Part shown: positions 47,536-57,603 of the stretch, in pieces
Layout: each line of letters starts with the position of its first letter
How positions within the stretch are numbered: the stretch's first letter is position 1
Source: Patescibacteria group bacterium
GTDB lineage: Bacteria; Patescibacteriota; Minisyncoccia; Phycocordibacterales; SIBU01
Assembly: GCA_040390045.1 (NCBI GenBank)
Contig: JAZJZC010000004.1
Span: 579-64,578 of the forward strand
Reading direction: 5' to 3'
DNA: 64,000 bases
Translations under genes and position numbers: made by a program
Notes under the pieces: generated by a model
Told to the model about the DNA's origin: nothing
What the model saw: only the letters and a program-made list of their open reading frames with translations
Database searches by the model: none

Positions 47536-47922
47536 TTAGATACCAAACTCGGCGCGGTACTTTCGTTCTAATGCTTCCATTCTACTACCATGATCCATTC
47601 CTTTCAAATGAACTAAACCGTGGATAAGAAGAAATCCCAGAAAATTTTCGAATTCTCGGTCGAATTTTTTGGCTTCAATTTTTGATTCATCGAGATTGAT
47701 AAAAATTTCTCCTGAACTTTTTGAAAGAGGGAAGCTCAAGATGTCCGTGGCTTTATCGATTGAACGATAGATGCGATTTAACTTTCGGATTTCAGCTCGG
47801 GTTACAAATACGATACTTAAATCGTATGTTTCGCCAAGAACGGTATTTTTCATAGACGCAAAAGGCAAGCGCGGAAGCTTGCCTCTTGTCATGTTTGTAA
47901 TTGAAATGTCTTGGTTTTTCAC
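47536..47922 (-). CDS. ybeY: rRNA maturation RNase YbeY
   Basis: Zinc motif HGLVHLKGMDH. Confidence 0.8.
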   Translation of the reverse strand: MKNQDISITNMTRGKLPRLPFASMKNTVLGETYDLSIVFVTRAEIRKLNRIYRSIDKATDILSFPLSKSSGEIFINLDESKIEAKKFDREFENFLGFLLIHGLVHLKGMDHGSRMEALERKYRAEFGI

Positions 47923-47973
47923 TAGGGCTCAAGGGGTATTTTCCTATCTACCCACTACCATACTATCTACATA

Positions 47974-48210
47974 CTATCTGGTCTTTTCCTGCATTTTTCC
48001 GAGTTTAATAAGGAGATCAACCTCTTTACGTCGCACCAGTTTTTTTAAGGTCATTTTCTTTCGAGTTCCGACAGATTGATTGCGGTTTTTGTATCGAAGA
48101 GAACGAACACGAGGAAGTACGCCTGAGCCCTGGACGCGCTTAGTAAAGCGTCTGAGAACACCCATACTGTTTTCTGTTCCGGTTTTTGTGACTTCAACGT
48201 TGGTGGCCAT
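47974..48210 (-). CDS. rpsU: 30S ribosomal protein S21
   Basis: 78 aa, basic. VLRRFTKRVQGSGVLPRVRSLRYKNR matches the S21 core. Confidence 0.6.
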   Translation of the reverse strand: MATNVEVTKTGTENSMGVLRRFTKRVQGSGVLPRVRSLRYKNRNQSVGTRKKMTLKKLVRRKEVDLLIKLGKMQEKTR

Positions 48211-48366
48211 GAAATAGTAGATTAGTAATTAGTAGATAGTTTGTAGACAAAATCCAAATTAGGATTGCAGTAGTCTACCAGAGGAATCTCAAAAACGCAA
48301 TGGTTAATTAACCCGTACTGACCGCTTTTTGTTTTTTCCTAAAGCTATCAGCTGAAAGCTGTAAGC

Positions 48367-49581
48367 TTACAGCTTCTTCAGGTACTTCGGCAGATGTTCG
48401 ATTTTAATGCTCTCCTGTGAGCGGTCGGTCATACAGCGCACAATCACCGTGTCCTCAAGCGCCTCCTTTTGTCCCATAATAAGAGTGTAGGGAATTCTCA
48501 TATTTTCGGCGGAACTCAATTGCGAGACAAGTTTATCACGCGAAATGCCATGATGCATTGGAATTTTGGCTTGCCGGAGGATTTCGATAATTTTGAGACT
48601 TTTTAATTTGGCTTCAAATCCAAGTTGAATAAAATAAATTTTTGGTCGCAGGAATTTCAAATTTTTCTGGACGTTTTTCTCTTTAAATGTCAGTCGAACG
48701 CCAACGCCTGGGACATCGCGCTTCATACCGATTTTCTTGGCGATACTGGCGTAGCGCACACCAACGGCAAGCGGTACACAAACTTCTTTACTTTCCGCAT
48801 CGTGAATTTCAAAAAGAGTTTGTGACGCGAAGGAGCGATTACCAACCAAAAAGTGATTTATCTCGTAGGGTATGTCGAGCATTTCCAAATATTCCAAAAC
48901 TTCCTTAAAATGTACGCGGCTCGGCTCGGACAAGAAGTTCATTATCTTTGGAGAACTTTCTTTTAGGATTCTGCACTTTTCATTTTTGCACGAAAGAAGA
49001 TCAAAGATATCTTTTTTCATCAGCTGGCGACAGTGGGCAGGGAGTTCGTCAATATTTTTTCGGTAGTAGGCAGTTAGTTCTCGCGCAAATCGTGCCACGG
49101 TATCTTTTTCTCCCATACTATTGATCTGGATGGACAAATTTTCGTACCCCTCTTCTTTGAGAATTTCCATCGTCGTTTTTATGAGTATGGCTTCCGCAAT
49201 ACTTTTTGCTGTACCCATAATTTCAAGTGAAACAACTCGTTCTTTCGCGCTACTTTTTTTGATGCCTTCTGGCAAAATTGGTTTTCCGAAATAGAGCATC
49301 AAAGGCTGTGGCAAATTTTGAAAATTTTTCTCGCCGTAAAGTCGCAGAAGTGCTACTCGTTCTAGAAGGCTGGTTTTGGTTGGTACATCGGGGACGTCTT
49401 TGTTTTTCGATTCAGAGTCCTGAAAACTTTTGGCTTTTTTTACATCTTCCTTTTTTATTTGAGGGACATCGAGAATAGTAAAGCCATAGTAGAGCGCTAC
49501 TTCAGCTGGCAAGTCCAAGTTTTTGAACAAACAGGGATCAACTTTTTTATTTTTCATTTTTACCTTTTCTTTTGTTGCCAT
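48367..49581 (-). CDS. histidine--tRNA ligase-like protein (HisS/HisZ family; catalytic motifs degenerate)
   Basis: The central HisRS-specific insertion/zinc region is collinear (IQINSMGEKDTVARFARELTAYYRKNIDEL...NHFLVGNRSFASQTLFE). The C-terminal anticodon-binding-like domain is present. Motif 2 arginines are not evident. Confidence 0.5.
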   Translation of the reverse strand: MATKEKVKMKNKKVDPCLFKNLDLPAEVALYYGFTILDVPQIKKEDVKKAKSFQDSESKNKDVPDVPTKTSLLERVALLRLYGEKNFQNLPQPLMLYFGKPILPEGIKKSSAKERVVSLEIMGTAKSIAEAILIKTTMEILKEEGYENLSIQINSMGEKDTVARFARELTAYYRKNIDELPAHCRQLMKKDIFDLLSCKNEKCRILKESSPKIMNFLSEPSRVHFKEVLEYLEMLDIPYEINHFLVGNRSFASQTLFEIHDAESKEVCVPLAVGVRYASIAKKIGMKRDVPGVGVRLTFKEKNVQKNLKFLRPKIYFIQLGFEAKLKSLKIIEILRQAKIPMHHGISRDKLVSQLSSAENMRIPYTLIMGQKEALEDTVIVRCMTDRSQESIKIEHLPKYLKKL

Positions 49582-49613
49582 ACGATTTGTAAAAATTATT
49601 CTCAGAAAGGTAC

Positions 49614-50258
49614 CTAATGACTTTCTATTGTGTCAGCAAGATCGCCAGGGAAAATTGAAATCATGTTGAATGGGTAGAGTCGGAGAATCGGACGGCCAAC
49701 AATATTTTTCTCATCAAGTGGACCCCAGCCACGTGAGTCGTAACTGACTGGTCGGTTGTCTCCTAGTACAAAATAATGAGTGTCATCAAGCACGTAGGTT
49801 TTTTTAACTTCAGGTTTATTGTTTAGTATCGAAGTTTGGTCTAAAGTGAAGCCGTTCGGGTGCTCGGTGTTTTGTATCGTGATCGTCGTGCCCTCCATTG
49901 TGATCGTTTCTCCCGGCAAGCCGATAATTCTTTTGATCAAATATTTTTTTTCTTGGGGTTGACTGAAAATAATCACCTCGCCGCGTTTTGGTTTCTGAAA
50001 ATGGTAACTAATCTCATCAGCAATCAAGTATTGATTGTTCAAAAAGGTCGGATCCATCGAGGGTCCTGACACCAAAAACGGTTGAGCAACAAAAAATCTA
50101 ATTGGAAGAATGATGAGCGCGGTCAAAACTGCAAATTTTACGACATCGAGCCAAGATTCTTTTGGTTTGCCGGAAATATTTTCGTGCGCAGGAGAAGATT
50201 GAGAAGAAATTTTATTTTCAGGAACTTTTTCAAAAGTTTTTTCGTTCTCTTCGATCAT
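49614..50258 (-). CDS. lepB: signal peptidase I
   Basis: GPSMDPT (Ser box) and the GDNRPVSYDSRGWGP box. Confidence 0.85.
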   Translation of the reverse strand: MIEENEKTFEKVPENKISSQSSPAHENISGKPKESWLDVVKFAVLTALIILPIRFFVAQPFLVSGPSMDPTFLNNQYLIADEISYHFQKPKRGEVIIFSQPQEKKYLIKRIIGLPGETITMEGTTITIQNTEHPNGFTLDQTSILNNKPEVKKTYVLDDTHYFVLGDNRPVSYDSRGWGPLDEKNIVGRPILRLYPFNMISIFPGDLADTIESH

Positions 50259-50407
50259 GATGATTGAATTCTAGTACGTCTCATCGCTTGACACAAGAGT
50301 TTTTGTTGTGTTGTGACGCATTTTTTGCGAATTTTTAATTTTAAAATGTACAAACGTTGAAAAGTTTATCCCTAGAATAATTTATTCGACTACGGTATCA
50401 TGTAGCG

Positions 50408-51742
50408 ATGATTAAGAACGCTTTTTTCTCGCTCGTCGATCTTTTTTATAGTATTTGGCTTTTCGCTCTTGGCGTAATCGCTCTTCTCGTGACTCTTTTT
50501 GTGGGTTTCAGGATGTTTTCGCAGGTTGACCTGCGACCTTTTTACCCGGTTTTACATGCGGCCTACGTGTACGCTCCGCTTTGGTCGCCGATTTTGTTTG
50601 GTGTGCTTTTTTTTAAGTACTGGATGCGCTATATTCGCGCCGATTTTGTAAAAGCTTCCGGCTCGATACTTTTGGAAATTAAAATTCCAAAGGAAACTTT
50701 GAAATCGCCGCTCGCAATGGAGATTTTTTTCACTTCGCTGTACCAAACGGGCTCTGCCACTTTTTCCGAGTTGTACTGGAAGGGGAAAGTTCGCCCCTGG
50801 TTTTCGCTTGAGCTTGCGTCAATCGAGGGTCAGGTAAAATTTTTCATTTGGTCACACAAAAAATTTCGTAATTTGATCGAGGCACAACTGTACGCGCAAT
50901 ATCCGGCCATCGAAATTCACGAAGCTGAGGACTACATGGCCTGGGCGTATCCTGATCATATCAATTTGCCGATGTGGGCAACCTATTTTAAATTTACCAA
51001 GGAAAGTATTTATCCAATCAAGACTTACGTTGACTACGGGCTCGATAAAGATCCAAAAGAAGAATTCAAAATTGACCCCATGACCTCGGTTTTGGAATAT
51101 CTCGGGTCACTGCGAAAGGGCGAGCAGACATGGATCCAAATTATTATTCAGGCACATCGAAAACAAAATCTCAGAAATGACGCTCTTCTGTTTACGAAGC
51201 CCGATTGGAAACATCATGTCAAGCACGAAATTGAAAAAATCAGAAAAGAATCAATAACAAAAACCAAGGGCAGTGAATTTCCCGGAATGCCTAACCCAAC
51301 GAAAGGTCAGCAGAATACAATCGCTGCGCTTGAGCGAAGCGTTTCGAAGTACGCGTTTGAGGCTTGCATCAGAGGAATTTATATTTCTAAAAAAGAATCG
51401 TTTAATCCGATCAACATTACGGGACTCATCGGTAGTTTCCGGCAGTACAGTTCAAATGATGATGTCAACGGTTTTAAATTAGGTTGGTTTACCGACTTTG
51501 ATTTTCCCTGGCAAGATTTTCGCCGCATTCGCCGAACGCGCGCTGAACATGAAATGTTAGAAGCCATTAAATTGCGATCATTTTTCCAGCCGCCGTTTAA
51601 ACATTTCGAACAGTCGCCGATTATTCTCAACACCGAGGAGCTGGCAACGATTTTTCATTTTCCTGGAAGCGTCGCTGGCACTCCGGGTTTTGTGCGCCTA
51701 GCTTCCAAACGTGTCGAACCGCCTGGCAACTTGCCGATTTAA
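50408..51742 (+). CDS. hypothetical membrane-anchored protein
   Basis: 444 aa with two N-terminal TM helices. No recognisable domain. Confidence 0.45.
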   Translation: MIKNAFFSLVDLFYSIWLFALGVIALLVTLFVGFRMFSQVDLRPFYPVLHAAYVYAPLWSPILFGVLFFKYWMRYIRADFVKASGSILLEIKIPKETLKSPLAMEIFFTSLYQTGSATFSELYWKGKVRPWFSLELASIEGQVKFFIWSHKKFRNLIEAQLYAQYPAIEIHEAEDYMAWAYPDHINLPMWATYFKFTKESIYPIKTYVDYGLDKDPKEEFKIDPMTSVLEYLGSLRKGEQTWIQIIIQAHRKQNLRNDALLFTKPDWKHHVKHEIEKIRKESITKTKGSEFPGMPNPTKGQQNTIAALERSVSKYAFEACIRGIYISKKESFNPINITGLIGSFRQYSSNDDVNGFKLGWFTDFDFPWQDFRRIRRTRAEHEMLEAIKLRSFFQPPFKHFEQSPIILNTEELATIFHFPGSVAGTPGFVRLASKRVEPPGNLPI

Positions 51743-51757
51743 TCAGTTTCAATTTTC

Positions 51758-52765
51758 ATGGAACTCGACTTTCAAAATATTCGCCAACTTCTTGAGACGA
51801 GGCTTGAGCAGAGACGTCAAAATCGCAACGTTTGGTTTTTGGCAATTTTGGCCGTGCTGCTTTTTGTGACTTCTGTTTATTTTTTGTATATACAATCACC
51901 GACAAATTTCGTGACACCTGCAATCGTGAATGTGAAGGAAAATGCTAGCCTCAATGAAATTGCCCAGTCTCTCTATAGTCAGAAGGTTGTGAAGTCTGCA
52001 TTTGCCTTTCGCACAGGAGTAATTGCAAAGGCGGGGGAGAAAGGGGTTCACTCGGGAGATTATCTATTTAAGAATCCAGCAAATTTGTTTACGGTCATTT
52101 CGCGATTAACGAAAGGTGATTATCAATTGACACCAGTAAAAGTTTTATTTCCCGAAGGTGTCACCGTTTCGCAGATGTCCGTGATTTTGTCTGACAAGCT
52201 TATTGATTTTGATTCCGAAGCATTTATTAGGCTCGGCAAACCATTGGAAGGCTATCTTTTTCCTGACACCTATTTATTTTTACCGAATGCCAAGCCATTG
52301 GACGTTATCGACGTGCTTAAAGAAAATTTTGATAGCAAAATTAAAACCGTAGATGACTTGATTAAGAAATTTAAGAAGCCAGTTAAAGATGTGGTGATCA
52401 TGGCCTCGATTTTAGAAGCCGAAGCCCGTACTAAAGAAACGCGGCAAATTATTTCTGGCATTCTGTGGAAAAGATTGAGTCTTGGTATGCTGCTCCAGGT
52501 TGACGCACCATTCCAATACATCATTGGTAAAAATACATTTCAATTGACGACTGCTGATTTAAAATTCGATTCTCCATACAATACCTACAAATACAAAGGT
52601 TTGCCCCCAGGTCCGATTGGAAATCCCGGACTCGAGGCTATTATCGATGCTGTGACGCCGCAAAAAACTTCTTACTTTTATTACTTGTCTGATGTGCGCG
52701 GCAACATGCATTACGCAAAAACCTACGAGGAGCATTTGCTCAATAAAGAACGTTTTTTAAATTAG
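51758..52765 (+). CDS. mltG: endolytic murein transglycosylase MltG (YceG family)
   Basis: N-terminal TM helix followed by the YceG signature (LASILEAEA...YNTYKYKGLPPGPIGNPGLEAI). Confidence 0.8.
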   Translation: MELDFQNIRQLLETRLEQRRQNRNVWFLAILAVLLFVTSVYFLYIQSPTNFVTPAIVNVKENASLNEIAQSLYSQKVVKSAFAFRTGVIAKAGEKGVHSGDYLFKNPANLFTVISRLTKGDYQLTPVKVLFPEGVTVSQMSVILSDKLIDFDSEAFIRLGKPLEGYLFPDTYLFLPNAKPLDVIDVLKENFDSKIKTVDDLIKKFKKPVKDVVIMASILEAEARTKETRQIISGILWKRLSLGMLLQVDAPFQYIIGKNTFQLTTADLKFDSPYNTYKYKGLPPGPIGNPGLEAIIDAVTPQKTSYFYYLSDVRGNMHYAKTYEEHLLNKERFLN

Positions 52766-53142
52766 CGTTCTTTAGAATTAAGAATTAGGAATTATGAATG
52801 AGGAAAATTTGTACGATATATCGTACAAATTTTAATTTTAAAAGGAAAAGAAAAAACCGAGCGGAAAGGCTCGGTTGGTGATAAATGGTGGCGACTACTA
52901 TACGACATACCAATCACTTTTTATGCGCATCTCACAGTGTGGGCAATACCAAACCCTACACTGTACTGTTAAGCCGAAGTTTTCAGTCTTTGTTGTCTTG
53001 TCAATTCGTGACGGATATGCCCCATCCGGAACAATGTGTTTGCAGACCATTTGCAAATCACCGAGCGTCCTTGGTTTTTTGTTTTTCACAAACTCATCAT
53101 TCACATTTGAGCGTTTCTAAAAAAGATGCTACATTCGGTGTC

Positions 53143-54342
53143 ATGACAAGTCAAGTTCTAAATTCTAAACCCTATACCCTAAACCCTAAAACCTTCGGAC
53201 GGGTTTTCGTCGGGCTTTCCGGCGGAGTGGATTCGTCCGTTTCTGCGGCACTGCTAAAAAAAGATGGGTTTGATGTGACCGGAGTTTTTATCCGTGTTTG
53301 GCAACCGGATTGGATTCTATGCACCTGGAAAGAAGACCGACTCGATGCTATGCGTGTCTGTGCCAAGCTCGGCATTCCATTTGTTGAATTAAATTTGGAG
53401 AAGGAATACAAAAAAGAAGTGGTTGACTACATGATTGCGGAATATAAAAAAGGCAACACACCGAATCCGGATGTGATGTGCAATCGCTATGTAAAGTTTG
53501 GGGGGTTTTATGAATTCGCGCGAAGTTCTGGCGCAGACTACGTCGCAACAGGCCACTATGCGCGGGTCATGGAACATGGAACATGGAACACAGAACATAA
53601 GACAGGGGATAGAAGACAGAAGAAAAAGACCGGCTCTTATGCTCCAGGCTCCATGCTTCATGTTGCGTGTGATGCCAACAAAGACCAGTCCTACTTCCTC
53701 TGGCAAATTCGCAAGGAGCAGTTGTCGCACATTTTATTTCCAGTCGGTGGATTGGAAAAACCAGAGGTTCGTCGATTAGCGAAAAAATTCGGTTTAATTA
53801 CTGCTGACAAAAAAGACAGCCAAGGACTTTGCTTCCTGGGCAAGATCGATATGAAAGATTTTTTGAAAAGATATATTTCAGAAAAAAAAGGAAAAGTCTT
53901 AAATGAAAGCGGAGAAATTATCGGGACACACTCTGGTGCAGTTTTTCTCACACTTGGAGAACGACACGGGTTCACGGTGAATGTGGAATCCGCCGCGGCG
54001 GACGGAACGAACGCTGAAAACAAGCTTCCATATTATGTGGTGAGTAAGGACATTAAAAAGAATACGATTATTGTTTCGAACAATCCTAAAAGTGAAATGA
54101 CTATTGGTTCAAAAAAAGTATTTGAAATTCGAGATACAAATTGGTTGGGAGAAGCGCCAACGATCGGTAAAAAATATTTAGCACGAATCCGCTATCGTCA
54201 ACCATTGCAGGAGGTTAGATTCAAGATTCATGATTCAAGATTCATGATTCACTTTGCGTCTTCGCAAAGTGGCGGGGCTCCCGGCCAGTCTATAGTTATA
54301 TATGACGGCGAAATTTGCCTCGGTGGGGGAGTTATTTGCTAA
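53143..54342 (+). CDS. mnmA: tRNA 2-thiouridine(34) synthase MnmA (with two in-frame repeat-derived insertions)
   Basis: PP-loop VGLSGGVDSSV, then ATGHYARV and KDQSYFLW. The start was reassigned to ATG 53143. Insertions sit at about 53575-53660 and 54219-54255. Confidence 0.8.
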   Translation: MTSQVLNSKPYTLNPKTFGRVFVGLSGGVDSSVSAALLKKDGFDVTGVFIRVWQPDWILCTWKEDRLDAMRVCAKLGIPFVELNLEKEYKKEVVDYMIAEYKKGNTPNPDVMCNRYVKFGGFYEFARSSGADYVATGHYARVMEHGTWNTEHKTGDRRQKKKTGSYAPGSMLHVACDANKDQSYFLWQIRKEQLSHILFPVGGLEKPEVRRLAKKFGLITADKKDSQGLCFLGKIDMKDFLKRYISEKKGKVLNESGEIIGTHSGAVFLTLGERHGFTVNVESAAADGTNAENKLPYYVVSKDIKKNTIIVSNNPKSEMTIGSKKVFEIRDTNWLGEAPTIGKKYLARIRYRQPLQEVRFKIHDSRFMIHFASSQSGGAPGQSIVIYDGEICLGGGVIC

Positions 54343-55045
54343 ATTAGGTGTATTCCAGGTTTTCCACTGCTGGACTTGCAAAAGTTCTCACAATAAGAGA
54401 GTATTAAATTTCATGCGGGCATGCATGACCAACGAGTGTTGGGGCGCCGCTCAGGCCCATCCCTTATGTCTTTCTGGGTGTTTCCCTGAGCGGCGCTATG
54501 CCTTTAAGTTTTTTGATTTCGCGGGGTAGGTGATTCCCCCGCATGGAGTGGGTGATGGTTGCCTGGGCAACCGGCGTCGTGCGAGGCGAGCCTCCAAACT
54601 GCGGTGGTAAAAATAACCTCGCACGACGCCCAATCACAAATTTTTTCGAGGAAAACAATTGCGCCCACCTCGTTTTGGGTGAGGACTCATGTGAGTCGCA
54701 CCCAGCACCGTGCAGGTCACACCTGGCCTACGCATGTGGGTTCAAACCTGCACGGTGCTAATCACTTTGTTCTTTGTACATCTTTCGCCGAAGGTTACTC
54801 TTTATTTCCTTTGCGCGAACGCCGTGCGGGAGAGCTCTCCCAATTCTCCTCGTTTGGGAGCAAGCCCTGCACGGCGACCAACTCTTTCTTTTGTTTTTTA
54901 CGTTCGACCGCATGCACCAGCTCGCGGTTTTCTTTTGCTTCGCGTTTTATGTTACGTGCTACATGTTCCCCGCCCGCCCGAACGGATTCAGGTGCGTTCG
55001 GGCGGGCATGTTCCGTGGTCTGTGGTCCGTGTGATATAATCTTTG
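54343..55045. other. 700 nt GC-rich ORF-free hairpin-dense region (candidate structured RNA/5' leader)
   Basis: About 55% GC. Long perfect hairpins lie at 54572-54630, 54706-54760, 54826-54888 and 54972-55005. All ORFs in it translate to low-complexity sequence. Confidence 0.45.
55030..55040 (+). promoter_or_regulatory. extended -10 element TGTGATATAAT 8 nt upstream of the ATP-cone/REase start
   Basis: TGn-TATAAT consensus. Confidence 0.5.
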
Positions 55046-55047
55046 CC

Positions 55048-55893
55048 ATGAGTCCCGAACAAATTTTCATCGTAAAAACCAACGGTAGTAAGGAACCTTT
55101 TCAAAATTCCAAACTCGAAGCTTCGCTTCGAAAGGCTGGCGCGTCAACTGAGGTTACCGATAAAATTGTTCATCACATTTCCAAAGAAATTGAAGATGGC
55201 ATGAGCACCTCGGCTATTTATCAGCATGCTTTTGAATTACTCCACAAATTAGAGCGTCCCGTCGTTGCGCGTTACTCATTAAAGAGAGCAATTGCCGAAC
55301 TCGGCCCATCTGGTTTTCCATTTGAAAAATTTATTTCTGAAGTCTACAAGGCGCAGGGCTTCGAAACGCTCACCGATCAAATGGTGGATGGACATTGTGT
55401 CAGTCATGAGGTTGATGTGGTAGCGTGGAATGAAAATAAATTAATTATGGCCGAAGCCAAATTTCATAATGAAATTGGGTTGAAATCGGATCTAAAAGTG
55501 GCGCTGTATGTTAAGGCTCGATATGAGGATTTGAAGGGTATGGAGTTTTTGTATGGCAAAAAACGTCAACTCGACGAAGGCATTTTGATAACCAATACTA
55601 ATTTTACCGAAAAGGCGATTCAATATTGTGAGTGTGCTGGAGTTAAGTTGATCGGTTGGAATTATCCTACCGCTGGAAATCTACACGATATGATTGAGGA
55701 TCACGGCTTGCATCCGATCACTTGTTTGACGACGCTTTCAAGCGGACAGAAAAAAAGTTTGATGGAGAAGGGGATTGTCCTGTGCAGAAATGTTCGAGAT
55801 GGACGAGAAGCGCTTTTGTCTGCTGGCTTGAGTGAGGCTTCGATTAAGGAAGCCCAAGATGAGAGTAATTTCCTGTGTCCCGTGACTATGTAA
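55048..55893 (+). CDS. ATP-cone domain fused to Mrr-like (PD-(D/E)xK) restriction endonuclease domain
   Basis: N-terminal ATP-cone (IFIVKTNGSKEPFQNSKLEASLRKAG). C-terminal REase core (HEVDVVAW...MAEAKFH). The start was reassigned to ATG 55048. Confidence 0.65.
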   Translation: MSPEQIFIVKTNGSKEPFQNSKLEASLRKAGASTEVTDKIVHHISKEIEDGMSTSAIYQHAFELLHKLERPVVARYSLKRAIAELGPSGFPFEKFISEVYKAQGFETLTDQMVDGHCVSHEVDVVAWNENKLIMAEAKFHNEIGLKSDLKVALYVKARYEDLKGMEFLYGKKRQLDEGILITNTNFTEKAIQYCECAGVKLIGWNYPTAGNLHDMIEDHGLHPITCLTTLSSGQKKSLMEKGIVLCRNVRDGREALLSAGLSEASIKEAQDESNFLCPVTM

Positions 55894-56085
55894 TGAAATA
55901 TGATGAAAGATTTTTTAAAAAAAAATGAAAAGGCGGTTTCAGTGGCAATCATTAGTTTTGCGGTTGGGTTCGGTTTTTCTCTTGTTTTGATGAAGGTGTA
56001 TGCACACAGTGAAATTATCGGCAATTTTTGCGCGAGAACGGCAGAGCAGGCGCAGGCGTATTTTAACTCTCTTTAGTAAATTACA

Positions 56086-57603
56086 ATGTCACCGAACCCC
56101 TATGAATATCAACCTTCTGTTGAAAGATCGGATCAATTCTTCAATTTTTATAAATCACTGGTCGAGGCAACCTCTTCCAACAATGGACTTAGTAATGAGG
56201 AGCTAGCCGTGCGGTTAGAAAAATTACGAAGTGAAAAATCCCTAATCGTCGATGCGCTGCCAGGCCTAAATGCACCTCGGGCAATGTCTATTATAGATCG
56301 ATTTCTAAGCGCAGAAGAGAATGCTTCAGATGAACAGGATATGAGCGGTTTTGTAACTCTTGGTTTGGAGCTATTTGAGCAGCTTCGACCGCAGATTGAG
56401 ATGGCATTGAAACGACATGATATTGACGAACTGAGAGTTTTAATTTCTTACTCTCATGTAGCTGAACATGGTCATGATAATCAGCCATATATGGCAATTG
56501 CTGGATTGATGGATCATATGGAAAGTATAGAAAAAAAAGTAATGGGCCCAGAGAATTTTGATCGATATCAGTATTTTGTGCAATTAATATTGGAAAGGGG
56601 GGATGTAAGCCAGCGTTCTGTGGCACGAGATCTTTTGATAAAATCTGCAGAGGCAAATATAGATAATCAAAAATTTTCTGGTTTGGTTTCTAGATTCTAC
56701 GCTGGTTTTAATAACGAGGAAATCGGAATGGAAATTATTCAAAAATTTTTGGTGCGTCATAAATTACCATTTACTGAGGTGTATTCTGCGTGGGGTGAAA
56801 GTGGTAATTACAAGAAAAGAAAACATGCCACGGAGGAAGATGGTGGAATGCTTTTTAGCACAGTTATTTATCGCAATCTGGATGTGATTCGTGAAGTTGA
56901 AGCCAAGAATCCAGGAACCTGTAGGTTTTTATATGACGAGTTTAACATTGCTGATTTTGGGCGTTATCCTGCGGAATTACTTTTGGATCAACGCAGAGAA
57001 TTTGATAGTCAAAAAAATCCGTATGGTGTTATTATTTATCCTCGCAATGATCATAATGGCGCTTTTTATCAGGACGCTCTTACGATTAAGGCGTTTTACG
57101 CGGATCTAAAGGGTGAGTTTAGTCTCCGCGTTGCTGAATGTGAAGGAAAGATTGATGTCGTGCGAGCGTTGCAAAAATTCGATGGGCTGTATAATCCAAC
57201 AGACGGAAGTGGCCATAAAATTTCTTTGCTGATTCTTGGAGGTCATGGTACAGAAAATTCTATTCAGTTTGGCGGAGGAGGAAAGAAGCATACTTTGTAT
57301 ACAGAAGATTTGTCGAGAAAAGTATCAACGAAAGCTGGCGGGTATCTTGATGAGAATCCCACAATAATTCTAGATTCATGTTCGACAGGTGCGGATAAGG
57401 GAATTGGGCAAGAATTATCAAGAAAATTTGGAGCGAAGGTGGTGGCTCCGAAAACACCTACGGGTTTGCGGAGCCTTCACGCTAGTCAGAGTAGCGGGGG
57501 TAGTTTTAGATTTAATGCACAGTATAGTACAAAAACAAAAAGCGTTTTCAAGCATGGAGAACCAGTTTTAACTCATGGGGAAAATCAAATTACAACGCAA
57601 TGA
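56086..57603 (+). CDS. CHAT-domain (caspase-like HG...C protease) protein with N-terminal helical-repeat region
   Basis: The C-terminal 180 aa carry a His-Gly/Cys dyad in CHAT spacing (LLILGGHGTENSIQFGG ...35 aa... TIILDSCSTGADKG). The stop overlaps the next start (ATGA). Confidence 0.5.
   Translation: MSPNPYEYQPSVERSDQFFNFYKSLVEATSSNNGLSNEELAVRLEKLRSEKSLIVDALPGLNAPRAMSIIDRFLSAEENASDEQDMSGFVTLGLELFEQLRPQIEMALKRHDIDELRVLISYSHVAEHGHDNQPYMAIAGLMDHMESIEKKVMGPENFDRYQYFVQLILERGDVSQRSVARDLLIKSAEANIDNQKFSGLVSRFYAGFNNEEIGMEIIQKFLVRHKLPFTEVYSAWGESGNYKKRKHATEEDGGMLFSTVIYRNLDVIREVEAKNPGTCRFLYDEFNIADFGRYPAELLLDQRREFDSQKNPYGVIIYPRNDHNGAFYQDALTIKAFYADLKGEFSLRVAECEGKIDVVRALQKFDGLYNPTDGSGHKISLLILGGHGTENSIQFGGGGKKHTLYTEDLSRKVSTKAGGYLDENPTIILDSCSTGADKGIGQELSRKFGAKVVAPKTPTGLRSLHASQSSGGSFRFNAQYSTKTKSVFKHGEPVLTHGENQITTQ

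Noticed and set aside
52885-53142. 5' extension of mnmA ORF
   Set aside because: The sequence is not MnmA-like. The PP-loop domain starts at ATG 53143.
54559-55047. 5' extension of the ATP-cone/REase ORF and the 54710-55039 ORF
   Set aside because: Translations are low-complexity Ala/Arg/Pro/Ser strings typical of GC-rich non-coding DNA. An extended -10 sits just before ATG 55048.
55925-55990. 21-codon hydrophobic mini-ORF (MKRRFQWQSLVLRLGSVFLLF) between the REase and CHAT genes
   Set aside because: Too short to support without conservation or expression data. It could equally be leader sequence.
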